Part shown: piece by piece, positions 1 to 44,100 of the stretch
Numbering within the stretch: the first letter of the stretch is position 1
Layout: each line of letters starts with the position of its first letter
NCBI RefSeq assembly: GCF_028641065.1
Contig: NC_073404.1
Coordinates: 18,600,001 to 18,664,000 of the forward strand
Direction: 5' to 3'
Length of the DNA: 64,000 nt
Source: Leucoraja erinacea
Lineage: Eukaryota
Notes under the pieces: generated by a model
Databases searched by the model: none
Seen by the model: only the letters and a program-made list of their open reading frames with translations
Told to the model about the DNA's origin: nothing
Translations under genes and position numbers: made by a program

Positions 1-179
1 GGCCCATTTCCATGTTGTCTATCTCTGATAAATCCATATACTAGAGAAAAATAACCACGGTTGTCATTTTAGTGCAAAAGACATTAGCACTGTGAAAGCA
101 CTGTGACATTTAGACTGGTAAAAAAATAACTCTGCCCATTCAGATGCCCGTGGACAATTCCACAGAACAATATTCTCAC

Positions 180-240
180 CAGTGCCCTGATCAATATCAT
201 CAAAAATTACGACCTGCTCGTTCCCACGGTACAACTGCAT
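180..240 (-). CDS. Possible first coding exon (MQLYRGNEQVVIFDDIDQGT) of the left-edge gene, perhaps FKBP6
   Basis: Acceptor-like TTTACAG near 272-278, ATG at 240-238, donor G|GTGAGA at 180/179. Identity rests on synteny only. Confidence 0.25.
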
Positions 241-499
241 TGCCAGTGCTCATTCTCTGCCGGTACTTAAACTGTAAAGCTATTTGCCAATTAACAGTTG
301 TTTTTTAAATCGAGGTTTCTTTCCCAAGGTGTATATAATAGGAACCTGGGGCATTTTAAAGTGCACAATTTCACCTGAAAAGCAAGGCGATAATACTAAA
401 GGCAGCCATCAGGGAGATCCTCTGAACCCGTGCTCACAAAATGGACAATGAACCTGTGGTTGCAGTCTTCTCCGACCACAATCACTCCCGCTAAACATG

Positions 500-830
500 G
501 GTCACCGGCGTGCTCATCCCACCGCCCAACCCTTCTGGGAAGCGGCCACGCCACAAAATTGAGGCCGGGGCCTCCAGGCCCAGGCAACAAAGTTAACTTC
601 GCCCCTGATCGTATAAAACAGCGAGCAGGTTCAGCGAAGCCCAGTCTTAACGCGGGGACGGGCAGTGATCCTCCCCGGCTCGCCGACTCACTGACCTGTC
701 GCCAAAGCCCGCTGGCAGCCGCGGCCCACTCTCCGCCAGGCCACAAACCTCCCCTTTAACGGCCCAACGCTCCCGCTTTGTCTCCGCTTCAAGCCCGTGA
801 CGTGGCCGCCATTTAAAGGCGCGAGCCAGC
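500..830 (-). promoter_or_regulatory. CpG-island promoter / non-coding first exon of a minus-strand gene that runs off the left edge
   Basis: GC/CpG-rich stretch. GTGACGTG (CRE/ATF-like) at 797-804 and GCCGCCATTT (YY1-like) at 805-814. Minus-strand donor CAG|GTCAGT at 696/695, with an alternative GTGAGT at 691-686. FKBP6 neighbours TRIM50 in mammals, but no diagnostic protein sequence is visible here. Confidence 0.55.
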
Positions 831-885
831 TACCAGTTTTCATTATTTGCCCGGTGGGGGAAAAATGCGTGGTGCAATAGTATTA

Positions 886-923
886 TTGGGAAGCAAAGAT
901 CCTATAGGATCTTTGTTGGGAAG
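886..923. mobile_element. 22-bp perfect palindrome with 8-bp flanking direct repeats (minimal hAT-like MITE or remnant)
   Basis: TTGGGAAG (886-893) + CAAAGATCCTA/TAGGATCTTTG (894-915) + TTGGGAAG (916-923). Confidence 0.6.
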
Positions 924-1724
924 GGTTCTCAATAAACTTTGGGAAAATGTTGCAATAAAGCAGCGCTTAAGAATTGTTTCATGTCTTTCCTTCCTTAATT
1001 GCTTTTGCTGCATTTAAAATGACAGTAAACAAAATGCTAATAGATATTTCTTCAGAGTCCCTGATGCATTTGCTGGATTCACAAACAGACTCCAAAGCTA
1101 GTGTGCTGGAATTGTATCCATACTCAATGCTTGAAGGGCAAATGTGTTTTCCGTGCGAATTATCAAACAAAAAAAACAAACAAATGTTACCAGTACAAAA
1201 TCAACTGTTTTATTTATAAATTCGTAACGATACATGCAGCATTCAATAAGTTGTCCATATTTATCCAGTACATGTTCCTCAGGTTGATTTATGGATCTGA
1301 TGTTACAAATTAGAAAGAAAATACTTAATTCATCAAAATGTTCTGTAATGATTCTACAAATGGAACTGAACATTCAACAAAAAACTAACAACAATTTACA
1401 ATCAGATTAGATGTTGCGCAACTTTCTAGCACTTTGCAATGAAAGGAAATTTCACATGAGTGCTATTTAGTCGTGTATTCAAGCCTGAATGAAATCAGTA
1501 GATTTAAGATCCAACTACAAATTAAAAAGATGCCCAGGGATCAAGGAAATAAGATTATTTCTGTTGTGTCCAAATATTATTTTGAAAATCAGCATGGTTA
1601 TTTTTTAGAGTACTTAAAATTTCTTCAATGTATCATCAGTTGTAAAAACCATCCACAAAGTACAATTTGTAGACCCATTATCAATTCCTCAGAAAAATAA
1701 ATGTAACTTTGACAAAATTACCTA

Positions 1725-2653
1725 CAGTGCCCTCCATAATGTATGGGACAAAGACCCATCATTCATTTATTTCCTCTACTCCACAATTTGAGATTTGTAA
1801 TGGAGGAAATCACATGTGGTTAAAGTGCACATTGTCAGATTTTATTAAAAGCCATTTTCATACATTTCGGTTTCATCATGTAGAAATTACAGCTGTACAG
1901 CAGGTATAAGAGAGGTCTCAGCACCTAGTATTCCTCCATCCATCACCTTTGGAAATTTTTATTGCTGTTTATCAACATGAGGACCAAAGTTGTGTCAATG
2001 AAAGTCAAAGAATCCATTATGAGACTGAGAAGCAAGAATAAAACTGTTAGATACATCAGCCAAACTTTAGGCTTAGCAAAATCAACTGTTTATAACATAA
2101 TTAAGAAGAAAGAGAGCACCGGTGAGCTTTCCAATCGCAAAGGGACTGGCAGGTCAATGAAGACACATCCTATCTGCTCAAGTTCAAACAAATGCCTCAA
2201 AACGCATTGGCTGGGGGGTTCATTCTACAGAAAGACAACGATCCCAAACACACTGCTAAAGCTAAAAAAAATGGTAAATACTTGAGTGACCAAGTCAATC
2301 ACACGATCGGAACCTAATTGAGCATGCCTTTTATATGCTGAAGAGAAAACTGAAGGGGACTAGCCCCCAAAACAAGCATATGCTAAAGAGGGCTGCAATA
2401 TAGGCCTGGCAGAGCATCACCAGAGAAGACACCCCGCAACTGGTGATGTCCAAGAATCGCAGACTTCAAGCAGTCATTGCATGCAAAGGATATGCACCAA
2501 AATACTAAACATGACTACTTTCATTTACATGACATTGTGCTGTGTCCAAACATTATGGTGCCTTGAAATGGGGGGACTATGTATAAACACTGCTGTTATT
2601 TCTACAAGATAAAACCAAAATGTATAAAAATCGCCTTTATTAAAATCTGACAA
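1725..2653 (+). mobile_element. Tc1/mariner DNA transposon, internally deleted, right TIR truncated
   Basis: TA|CAGTGCCC left end. Paired-like HTH remnant MRTKVVSMKVKESIMRL...ISQTLGLAKSTVYNIIKK...GR. Downstream remnants QKDNDPKH, PSQS.D.NLIEH and RRLQAVIACKGY. ~1830-1895 is an inverted copy of ~2590-2653. Confidence 0.9.
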
Positions 2654-3725
2654 CCCTTCAGGTTCAAATCCTTCCATTTTCACCTTAGCATATGCCCTTC
2701 AGTTCTTGTTTCCCCTTCCCTGGGAAAAATACACTGTGCATTCACTCCTCCCTCCATGGAATCATACAGCACAGAAACAGGCCCTTTGGCCCAACCTGCC
2801 CTGGCCACTTAGATGCTCCATCTACACTAGTCCTACCTGCCTGCATTTGGCCCATATCTCTCTGAACCTTCCCTATATGTGGACCTGTCCAAGTGTCTTA
2901 TAAAATCTTTTAATTTTATACACCACTATAAGATCACCCCACAGCCTTCTGCACTCAAAGGAATAAAATTTGAGCCTATCCAATCTTTCCCTATGGCTCA
3001 GGCCTCAAATCCTGGCAACATGCTCACAAAGCTTGTCTACATTCTTTTCAGAGTAGGGGAAAACATAAAGGACCCTTGTTGAATGGACCAGGGAAATAAG
3101 ACAAATTGGTCAGATCTTTAAAAGAGTCAGCCAAGGCATGATGGACCAAATATCCACCCCACCCCCCCATACAATAAATTTTCAAGATACAAACTTAATA
3201 TGGACAATAACATTTGCATCCATCACTAAATTGTTACATTCCAGACATCATACAAATAAAAACACAAAACAAAATCACTCTTTGTTGGAGATGGAAAAAT
3301 CTTGAAAAAAGATGAGATAGAATGTTATACTTTTCACATTGGGTTCTTTTGACCCAAGTTTGAACATTTTAAAAAATGGTTAATTGTCGTGGATTTGATT
3401 ACAGCACTTTTCATTAAATTTCATGACATTTGGATAATTTATATAAACCAATAAACCCCACAGTTCAATGTCCTAAGCAATTAAGCTCCGTGAAATGAAA
3501 ATCTACTTTACAGCTGAACATTACAAACATATTTCTTGCCAATTCAGGAGATCAGATAGTAAGTTTAAAAGAAAGATTGGGTGAACTAAATGCTGCCACT
3601 TAAATGATGTCGTGTTATAAGATTAGGATAGTATTAATTATGCAACAATAACTGCTAACCAGGGCATTAGATAAGTAGTGGTTTATATTTTTGATTTATG
3701 CCTTTTGCTGTTTGTTGGAATAAAT

Positions 3726-19585
<15,860 letters not shown>

Positions 19586-20103
19586 TTATCTTTGTTTTGA
19601 GCAATTTCAGCAGGGTGGAGGGAGGTACTGTTGAGCACTGTAATCATATGATCTTGATTTTTTAAAAAGGCTGGATATGACACTTTATTTACAATAGATT
19701 CCTTTAGAATTAGGTCAGTATTTGTCATTTCATTGCCTTTGAAATGTCAAACTTTCATCAGACTTGGTATTTTTCTCTTCTATTCTCTCTCTTCAATACA
19801 ATTACTGTGGCTACTCCGATTATTGTGAATTTCAGGACTGCTTTGGATACCATCTTGATTAGAAGTATTCTTATGAAGGGGCAAAACACTACCTGCTAAC
19901 TTTATTTAACTGTACCACCAAGACATTATGTTCTATTGTTTTAGTCATTAAGTTCTGCTCAGACCTTTTGTGCGATGCCAAGCCCAATCCAAAAGCTTCA
20001 GTACAATTGTGTAAACTGACTGCAGCGCATTACTATGGCACTGGTGATTGTATTGCAGTTTTTAGATGAGCGATCAACCTCCACTCTCAAGGCAGGATAA
20101 AAA

Positions 20104-20430
20104 GGGTGGTATCATGGCATAGCTGATGGAGCTACTGTCTCACAGTGCCAGAGTTCTAGGTTTGACCTTCATTTCGGGTGCTGTCTGTGTGGAGTTTGCA
20201 CTTTCTTCTTGTGACGTGGGTTTCCTTGTGATCTAGGTGCTCCGGTTTCCTCCTACATCCTAGAGGTGCACATTTCTAGGTTAATTAGCCTCTGTAAATG
20301 CCCCAAGCATGTAGAAAGTGGATGTGAAAGCGGGATAAAATAGAACAGTGTGGACGGATGATCAATGGTCAGCCTGGATTTGACAGGACGAAGAGCCTGT
20401 TTCCATGCTGTATCTTTCAATCCAATCAAA
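20104..20430 (+). mobile_element. tRNA-derived SINE (HE1/V-SINE-like)
   Basis: TGGCATAGC A-box-like, GGGTGCTGTCTGTGTGGAGTTTGCAC V-domain, GGCC/CTGTTTCCATGCTGTATC CR1-type 3' end. Confidence 0.75.
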
Positions 20431-20635
20431 GAGAACACAGGGCACTATTAGAAGAAAAGCATGAAATTCCCCTGGTGTCCTTGCCATCACTTGTCCTTCA
20501 GACAACACCAACCCCTTACCCAATATGTAAAGGCTATCTGCCAAGTAATCCTAGAGCATCCAAAATGGGTGATCTAGAAAGGCATAGGAGAGGATCACCA
20601 CCACTATTTCAGTAATTTATCCTTCACTTAAAATG

Positions 20636-20780
20636 CAGTTGTGTTGTTTGGTATTCCCTTCTCAGGCTGCTTCAGGATGCCACCGGGAGATCAGGTTGGT
20701 TATTGCGAACCGAGCGAGGTGTTGTGTGAAGCGATCGCCAAGCCTCCACTTGGTCTCACCAATGTAGAGCTGCTGACACC
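20636..20780 (-). mobile_element. Penelope-like element GIY-YIG endonuclease fragment
   Basis: Translates to ..QLYIGETKWRLGDRFTQHL.., the YIGETKRRLGDRFAEHL motif of vertebrate PLEs. Confidence 0.8.
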
Positions 20781-21350
20781 TAGAGAGCAGCTGACTCCAA
20801 CATCGCGGCGTCCCTGGGGCCCTTTGCCGAGGGCCGCCAGTGTGAATCTCCGCCCGGGGATGTGGGAGCCGCGGACTCCGGTAGGAAGCGGCCGATTCAG
20901 AGGCCCAAGCCGCTGAGGTAGACCTCACGTTCCGACGCAGGAGTTCCATCATCCCGGGGAGTGGGCCTGAGCGGCGGACTGCCCGTAGCGGCGACTGCGG
21001 AGGGCTCCGGAGGCCCCGACCACAGGTGAACATCAGAGGAAGAGGACTGACTTTGGTGCCTTCCCTCATAGTGGGAAACTTTTCGATTCTGCTGTGTGGG
21101 GATGTTTTATGTTGGACTCTATTTGTGGGTTGTGTTCTTTATTTTACTGTATGGCTGTATGCAAAAACAAATTTGTCCGCCCTGAATCATGGGGTTTGAA
21201 TCGGCCCGTTTGCAGGGCCTTTCATCGCCCGGCGCGGCTTAAAATTGGCTAGCGGGGGCTTCAACATCGGGAGCCCCGATCGCCTCGATGCAGCAATTTG
21301 ATTTTAAGCCTCGCCGGGCAATGAAAAACCCCGCAAATGGGCCGATTCAG
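20780..21350. repeat. GC-rich interspersed repeat of unassigned family
   Basis: CpG-rich block ending in TGTATGGCTGTATG; no coherent ORF; reads like a dispersed repeat rather than an exon. Confidence 0.4.
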
Positions 21351-22407
21351 CCCTATGAAGCGCCTGATACCCGCTTGAATCTTTCAAAATCTCCAATGTG
21401 ATAAATAACTTAAACAAATAAAACTGAAGCAAATAAAGGCAAACAGAAGAAACAACCTTGGAGGGAGATAGAGAGAGAGATGGGAAAAAATACTAAATAA
21501 GTGACCGTGAATGAGAGACTTACCTGCAAGCCAGCCACTAACCCGTTCAACTGCAGCCCTTAATGACCTGACCCGTTTAAATCCGATACCTGTTTAAATC
21601 TTATCCGTCCACCAATACATCCAAATGGTAATTGGACCCACATCAGACAGCTTTAAGAAATTCTCTGTGAATACCTTTAGTAATACTTGAAGGTCAAAAC
21701 ACAACTGGTGACATATCGTGTTAATACGATGTTAACAGAGACTGTCTCGTGGAAAGCGGAAATTTTAATTAATTTTTTTAACCGAATTTCAAAATCCGAT
21801 TACAAAACATGGGGGAAAATGGTCCCTCACCTTTCAAAACGCGGGCGGGGCGTGTCCCCCTGCCCACACCGGGATTTCCACACATGTCTGGAGAACATCA
21901 ATGTGTGACATTTTGGGTCAGGGCTCTTCTTTTTGTAAAGCAGGGTTTGGGCGTGGAGAGGATGTCACGCTCCTGTTGGATGATTAAAAATGGTGGGGTA
22001 TGGTCTGAGGATGCAGGGTGATACATTGAGGACTGAGGAGAGAGGTGAGCATGTGGAACCCTCCAGCACACTGGCCTGGTGGTTGCGGGAGATAGATGAG
22101 GTGCCTGATGTGGAGGGCACATGGGCCATGGTGGTGCGGAGTGGCGGAAGGGACTCGAAGGGCCGAATGTCCTTGTGCAGCATAGCGTCCACAATGCCAA
22201 TGTTGCCGCCACCGCCGCTTCGGGGGAGTTGTTGTGGTTGCCCGTCCCTGGGACTGGGAGCGGCGGGTCGGGGACAGGAGGCTGTGATTCGAGCCTCCGT
22301 CACCGGCGTCTCCGTCTCAACCAGATCTTTGGTCTCGACGCCAACGGCCGCGCTGCCGTAAATCGGTTGGTGCGCAGCAAAGCTCATAGAGCGGAGCGTC
22401 AGTGTCA

Positions 22408-22622
22408 CTCGGCTCCTCCCGGCGGCTCGGCTCCTCGTGTCCCGGCGACTCGGCCCCACTCGGCGGCTCGGCTCCTCGTGTCCCGGCGACTCGGCCCCAC
22501 TCGGCGGCTCGGCTCCTCGTGTCCCGGCGACTCGGCCCCACTCGGCGGCTCGGCTCCACTCGGCGGCTCGGCTCCTCGTGTCCCGGCGACTCGGCTCCAC
22601 TCGGCGGCTCGGCTCCTCGTGT
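22408..22622 (+). repeat. 41-bp GC-rich minisatellite (~5 units, one extra 18-bp subunit) directly upstream of the NSUN5 ATG
   Basis: Unit TCGGCGGCTCGGCTCCTCGTGTCCCGGCGACTCGGCCCCAC; CCCGGCGA recurs at 22441, 22482, 22523, 22582. Confidence 0.95.
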
Positions 22623-22632
22623 GCCGGCGGCC

Positions 22633-38275
<15,643 letters not shown>

Positions 38276-40869
38276 AGAGAAAATAAACTCCAGATGTTGG
38301 AATGTACGGCAAAACGCAAAATGCTAGAAGATCAAGCAGCATCTGTGGAAGCAAAACGTGAAAGTTGATGCAAAAGTGACCCTTCAACAGAACTGAAAAG
38401 TAGCAGGAAAGTTGGCCTGTGTATAGCAGTACAAAATAAGGGGGGGGGAGGGGAAGAAGAGGCTGGCTAGGTGATAGGTGAAGCTGGATGGGTCGTTTTG
38501 CTGTAAATGTGAATGAACTACTTTTGAACCACGTAAACCAGCTGTCTTGAGTCTCTTTTTATAAAGTTAAAGCAACCAGGTAGCATGTGGGTGATACCAT
38601 CGTGTAGACAAGATCTGGCGATTTATAGAATGCAGACAACCTCCACTCAAACTTGTACTCCGAAGGCTTCAGAGTGGAAAAAATTGTAACAGGGCAGCTG
38701 TGAAGGAAAGCTTAACTCGCCTAACTGGAATATGTATAATAAAAGGTTATCATGGCTTTTGTTCTTTTATCGTCAATATATTTATAGTGATATATTTCAC
38801 CCGATTTGAACTTGAAGAGATCCGGTGGGAGAAGAAGCACGAGGCAAAGTAGTTAAGATATTGAATAGGTACAAAATGTGTTGGAAGGAACTGCAGATGC
38901 TGGTTTAAACCGAAGATAGACGCAAAAAGCTGGAGTAAAATAGGTACACTTGTTTTACCTCTTTCAGTGTCCCCTCCACACGCCAGAGCTATTCAAATAC
39001 ACAAATCAGTAAATGGCAGCTAAATACAACTCGACTTTGCATCATTTGTAATTGAGGGAAGAATAAAAAGCTTATTTGTATAATTTAGGAAAAAAGATAA
39101 ACGATAAAACTCCAGGAGTGAAATGAGTGTCAGATTATTGAAAGATTAGCTCACCTCTAATGAATGTATTAAATCAAAGCAAGAACTTAAAGAGCGGAGA
39201 CTAATTTTGTAAAGAAAAAACATGGAACTGGCGGCATCAGCAACTTGCTGATCACATTTGAGAAAATATTGCACAGCGAAATGGCAGAGGCCCTGGAAAT
39301 AACAAATGTACTAGGCACCACAGCCTCCTGCTGGCTATTTTCTATCACTGCAATAATATTTAGGTACTTCCACTGTTCTAACCACAGTCCAGCTGCTGTC
39401 CTTCTGTTCTCTTCTAATACAGATTACGTACTACCTTTGGCAACTGTTCGGTCTTGTCCTGAAACTCCCATTATTACCTTGATTAGACTCTAATCACTGC
39501 TACAGGTCTTTGGCATTGAAATTTGCTTCTTCAATCGATACACTGAAGTGGTCTGAAAGATGTTTAGTTTCATCGTCATGTGTACAGTGCAGGAGGTACA
39601 GTGAAAAGCTTTTACAAAATGTGAAAGGTCTTACCTATATTTTATAGCCAAAACAAGACTATTGCGAAAAGCAGACTTGAACTTTTTCATTAGCCAATTT
39701 AAATCAGGGAATTAACTTGCCAATTAACTTACTAGCCATAAACATGTCACAAAATGTAGTTTCATCGACTGCTTTAAGGAGGGCTTTTGAAAATACTGCT
39801 AAGCGATCACTAATCAGTTTATTTGTGAAATGTGCAAATTAATGGCATGGTGGTGAACACAAAACCTGGACATTTTGGTTATGAGAAGAGAGTAGATATA
39901 TAAATTACTAGAACACCCGAGTAAGGTTAATTTTAATGCAAACATTTAATTTTTTTTACACCCATGATTAGCACAACAAAAAACCAGGGCATACTGCGGT
40001 TGTGATATGAGACCCAGCTAGCTAATATTACAGTCTATTAATTTGATTGGTTTTACTCCTGATTGGCCTTCATTTGCAATCCTCTGGATTATTTTTAAAT
40101 TGGGATTTTGAGAAAGGAAAATAAATTAAAGCTGGCATCAGGTTTCAATTCACAAAGAATTAAAATTAGTTAATTAAAATCGTTAGTCCTGCATACATAC
40201 CGATCCAACTGATTCGATAGTTTACGCATTTTGTAATTTCACTGGAGCTGTTAAACCCTTGGGATATCCTAAAAGGGAGGTAAAATGCATTACAAATGCA
40301 AGACTTGTAATCTATAAAACAGCAAGTCTAGCATCATTCCTAATTGTTGAGAAGTTGATGGGTCATCTTTGAACACCCTGTCCTCCCATGCTGCTTGCAT
40401 TATGAATCTTTCGGATGCTTTTTCCGAGTAGTTTTGCACCAAATGCTTTGGATTGTTTGGAATCAGCTCTTGCTGTATGGAGTATGGAGAAATGTTTAAA
40501 AAAAGATCCTTGCCATTAAGTTAGTAATGGTGGAAACTTTTTTTCCCCATTCACCACTGCAGAATGGACACAAACCAATGAAACTAAGATCGGCCATCAC
40601 AAACGTCAGATTTTCAGCTGTCCTGCAGCTGGTTTCCTAATACATATTGGGGAGAAAACAACAACATTTTCAACCACTGGACACCTCAAACCTGCCCGGT
40701 TATTCTATAAAATCATGGATAATCTGATTGTAGCCTTAATTCCACATTCTCCTAATTACAAATCTACCTACCTCACTTAATATAAAACTGGACTTCTTCC
40801 TCAAACAGAAGCAAACACTCAGCTCTCAAAGTTTAATCTGATCCCACCCCCTCTTGATAAAGTTCAAGA

Positions 40870-41115
40870 GAGTCAAGATAGAGTTCTATTGTCATATGTA
40901 TCAGGTAGAAGCTGAATGGCTGTAGGGAAGAAGCTGTTCCTGAACCTGGACGTTAGTTATCAGGCTCCTGTACCTTCTTCCCGGTGGCAGGGGTGAAATT
41001 AGTGTGTGATTGAGTGGTGTGGGTCTTTTTGAGGCAGCGACTCCGGTAAATCCCTTCGATGGTGGAGAGGACAGAGCTGGTGATGGACTGGGCAGTGTTT
41101 ACAATGTTTTGCAGT
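40870..41115 (-). mobile_element. Rex/Babar-like LINE 3' fragment
   Basis: Reverse complement of GGAAGAAGGTACAGGAGCCTGA..CCAGGTTCAGGAACAGCTTCTTCCC; related pieces near 11950-12260 and 52935-53265. Confidence 0.6.
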
Positions 41116-44100
41116 CTAGACCTCTCTACAATAGTGCTGCATATTCTTTGACCAGCTGGTTAATATTTTTCCTGTCAAAATGGACAATTCCACATTTTGC
41201 ATTTTCTCTATGCGCTAGATCTTTACCTGCTCACCCCCATTTCCTTTTTGTTCCCACCTCATGTCCTCTTCTCAAATTGCTTTCCTAAGTACATTCCTTG
41301 CTAACCAGCTACTCCTGCTCAAAGTAGGTATGTTTAGACATTGAATGATAGTCGATCACAATGTGGTCTGATCTCACGCAGGCCTGTTATTACTCTTAGA
41401 ACAAAACATGGAAAGAATCACCATTCAGCTGAGGTACAAAGATATTACTGACAAAGGTTGACCTAGAAACCTTAAAAGTTGAATAGATTGCCTAGAATAA
41501 AATCAGTATGCCAAAGTTCCTATTGTTTTAGTTCTAGATAGGATAATTAGGCATTACATGTTCATTTCAGGAGGGGCCCAACGGAGTTCCAAGACTCCAG
41601 TATATGTAATAATGTGTTTATTTTTGTAATATGTATTTCTTACCCATGTTAAAAACAGATAATAGTTGGCAAAGTTTGAGTGCAGTGTTAGAATGCAGTG
41701 CTATAGCAAAACAAGCAGTCTTTATAATCACAGCTTTTTATTTAAAACTATCTCCATTTAATGACATAAGCAAAAAAATCAGATCTTTGCACACTCGCAG
41801 CCAGCTTTACATCTGCACATTCACTCACTAGTTCTATCAACCCAAGTTGCAATGATAGAAGTCTACAACGTTTTTAAAGCATATTAACATCTCCACATCC
41901 ACCCGTTCTAGGATTACTCATCAACATTCATCACTCGCATGTTTGTTGCCATTCAAAGTCATCAGGGACCACTCATGCCATTGGGATCAATGCATTTCTT
42001 GCTGTTTATTTAGTCTTGATGTACATAGGTAGATACTCGTAAAAGCCTTTTCTGGGTCAAAACAGTATGTTTAAGCACGAAACATTATCTTTAAACAGGG
42101 GATATCGGACACGTTTTAAAGGAAGATAACGGGAATTAAGAAATGTAGGCAATTGATAAATTATCAAAAGTCACTGCCTAAATGAAGCTTAAATCTTTGC
42201 AATGAGTCGCAGAATGACATGCCTGCATCTCCCCAACCCATTATTGAGTTTTGGCAGTGATGTGGGATGCTTGCAGATTTAAGTAACCTGGTCAATTATC
42301 AGTTTAAAAAAAAAAATTTAAAGGTGTATTTTGACAATTTTGTTATGCATAATCTGCCCAAACTAAATGTAGTCAGCCTTCTTGAGTTAGTCATGATGGC
42401 CTTTAGATCAGCTATCATACAGATATCATTTATTTCCTCACCAAAGGCATTTTTGCTGCCAAAAGTTCTCCATCCAGTGGCCTGGCAGAAGGCAAACACA
42501 AATGTAAGTGTGACATTAAGGAAATCATCAAAGGGTATTCCAGCAATTTGCTTGTGCAATTTTAATTTGCATTATTTAGGGCAAAAATTGATAATCATTT
42601 ATTGACAATCAGATTTATTGGATTAAAGACCAAAATTTTATTTAAATAAATCCATGCACCTAAATGGAACATGACCTAAATGGAACAAATAGGCTTTGAT
42701 GCAACTAGTGTCCTAACAACTGTTTACGACCAAAGTGATGTGGGATAGTGGTTTCTTTATATCAGGATTTTCTTAAGACCGAGCAGTCTCTACATGTATT
42801 CCGTTGTTTGCCAAATTCCATCCTCCTACCCAAGAGCTTAAGTTGCAGCCACAGCTAGACAAATGGGGAATAAAGGATCTTCACTTTTCCCAAAGGAAAA
42901 CAGTATTTGAGCCTGAACTGCCCCATGTCACCTACATTTCAGAGTGAAGAGTAGCACTGATAGAGACCAGGCAGTTCATCTGATTGGTGAGAGGAACAAT
43001 TCAGGGGAACATATTAAAAACAATGGGATTATATTGTGGTTTTCAGTATTTAATGGATACCTCCCTGTAATCAATTGGTCCACTCTTTATTTTCAGCAGA
43101 TCCTCCACCTCCCTTTGTCACCTTATGCAGGCATGCACAAAATTACGAGTGATAGTTTTGGATAGAATCTTTCATGAGTATTAAATGTTCTATTTGGGAA
43201 GGAAATCTAGTCACTGTTACAAAATCACAATGCTTTAGTAATTCTTACTTTATATTTATAGTTCTGATCAATTTTCCCTGTATTAAAACATGCATTTTGG
43301 GATAAAAGGATCATTATCTCCTTAAGAGACATTATGTAGAAGACTTGGGAGTCGCTTGTTAATTCTCTACTGGAGATACTTGGGTACAAAATGATGCCAA
43401 GTCATTTTGAACTATAAAGAGCGAGCTCAGTATTTTTCTATAATTGCCAAAGCAATGCACCTCAACTTGAGTTTGTTGCCATGGGAATTAAAGTTCCCCA
43501 TCAAAAAGCTAGAAAAAAAACGACACGTTTGTTTGGAAAATAGATTACAATGAGAAATTGGTTCTAACTTAATTTTGGCCTTTCCAAGCTATTTTATCAG
43601 CATCAAATTCAAATAACCAACTCAGATACTGAAATAAATGAGCACAAGTCTTTCAATTTACTTCACTAAGCAGTTATATTGACCTACAAAATCACTTAAA
43701 CAGAAGCCCAGTGAACAGCTTGCAGCAAACCCGGCATCCCACCACTGCCAACCCATTTGTTGTTTTGTTGTAATTATTTGGCTGTGACAGTTTGGAAATT
43801 ACTTTTCAAAATTAATTATCTCTGTTGCAGAAATGCTAAATCATATTAAGGGTTTGTACTATTGCAATTTGAGATATGCGCCAATGAATGGGAACACATC
43901 TGCATGGGAACACATCTGCAAATGATTACACATTGTAAAGGTTAAGTTGCAGCATGCATCTATGTGAACCAAAACTAAACATTAATACCCCTGATTTAAG
44001 TAATCTGGTAAATGGAAAGGAAGTTAGTGTAATGAGCTGTCTTCAGTTAAGCAAAATATTCCATGTGACATTGTAAGGAATTTAGAATGGACCTATCAGG

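Noticed and set aside
396-759. 116-aa and 109-aa ORFs
   Set aside because: CpG-island ORFs with no recognisable domain.
22408-22622. Regular repeat array as a possible CRISPR
   Set aside because: No unique spacers, eukaryotic context; it is a tandem minisatellite.
43888-43919. 16-bp perfect tandem duplication (a similar one lies near 42657-42687)
   Set aside because: Ordinary slippage or repair duplications with no further structure.
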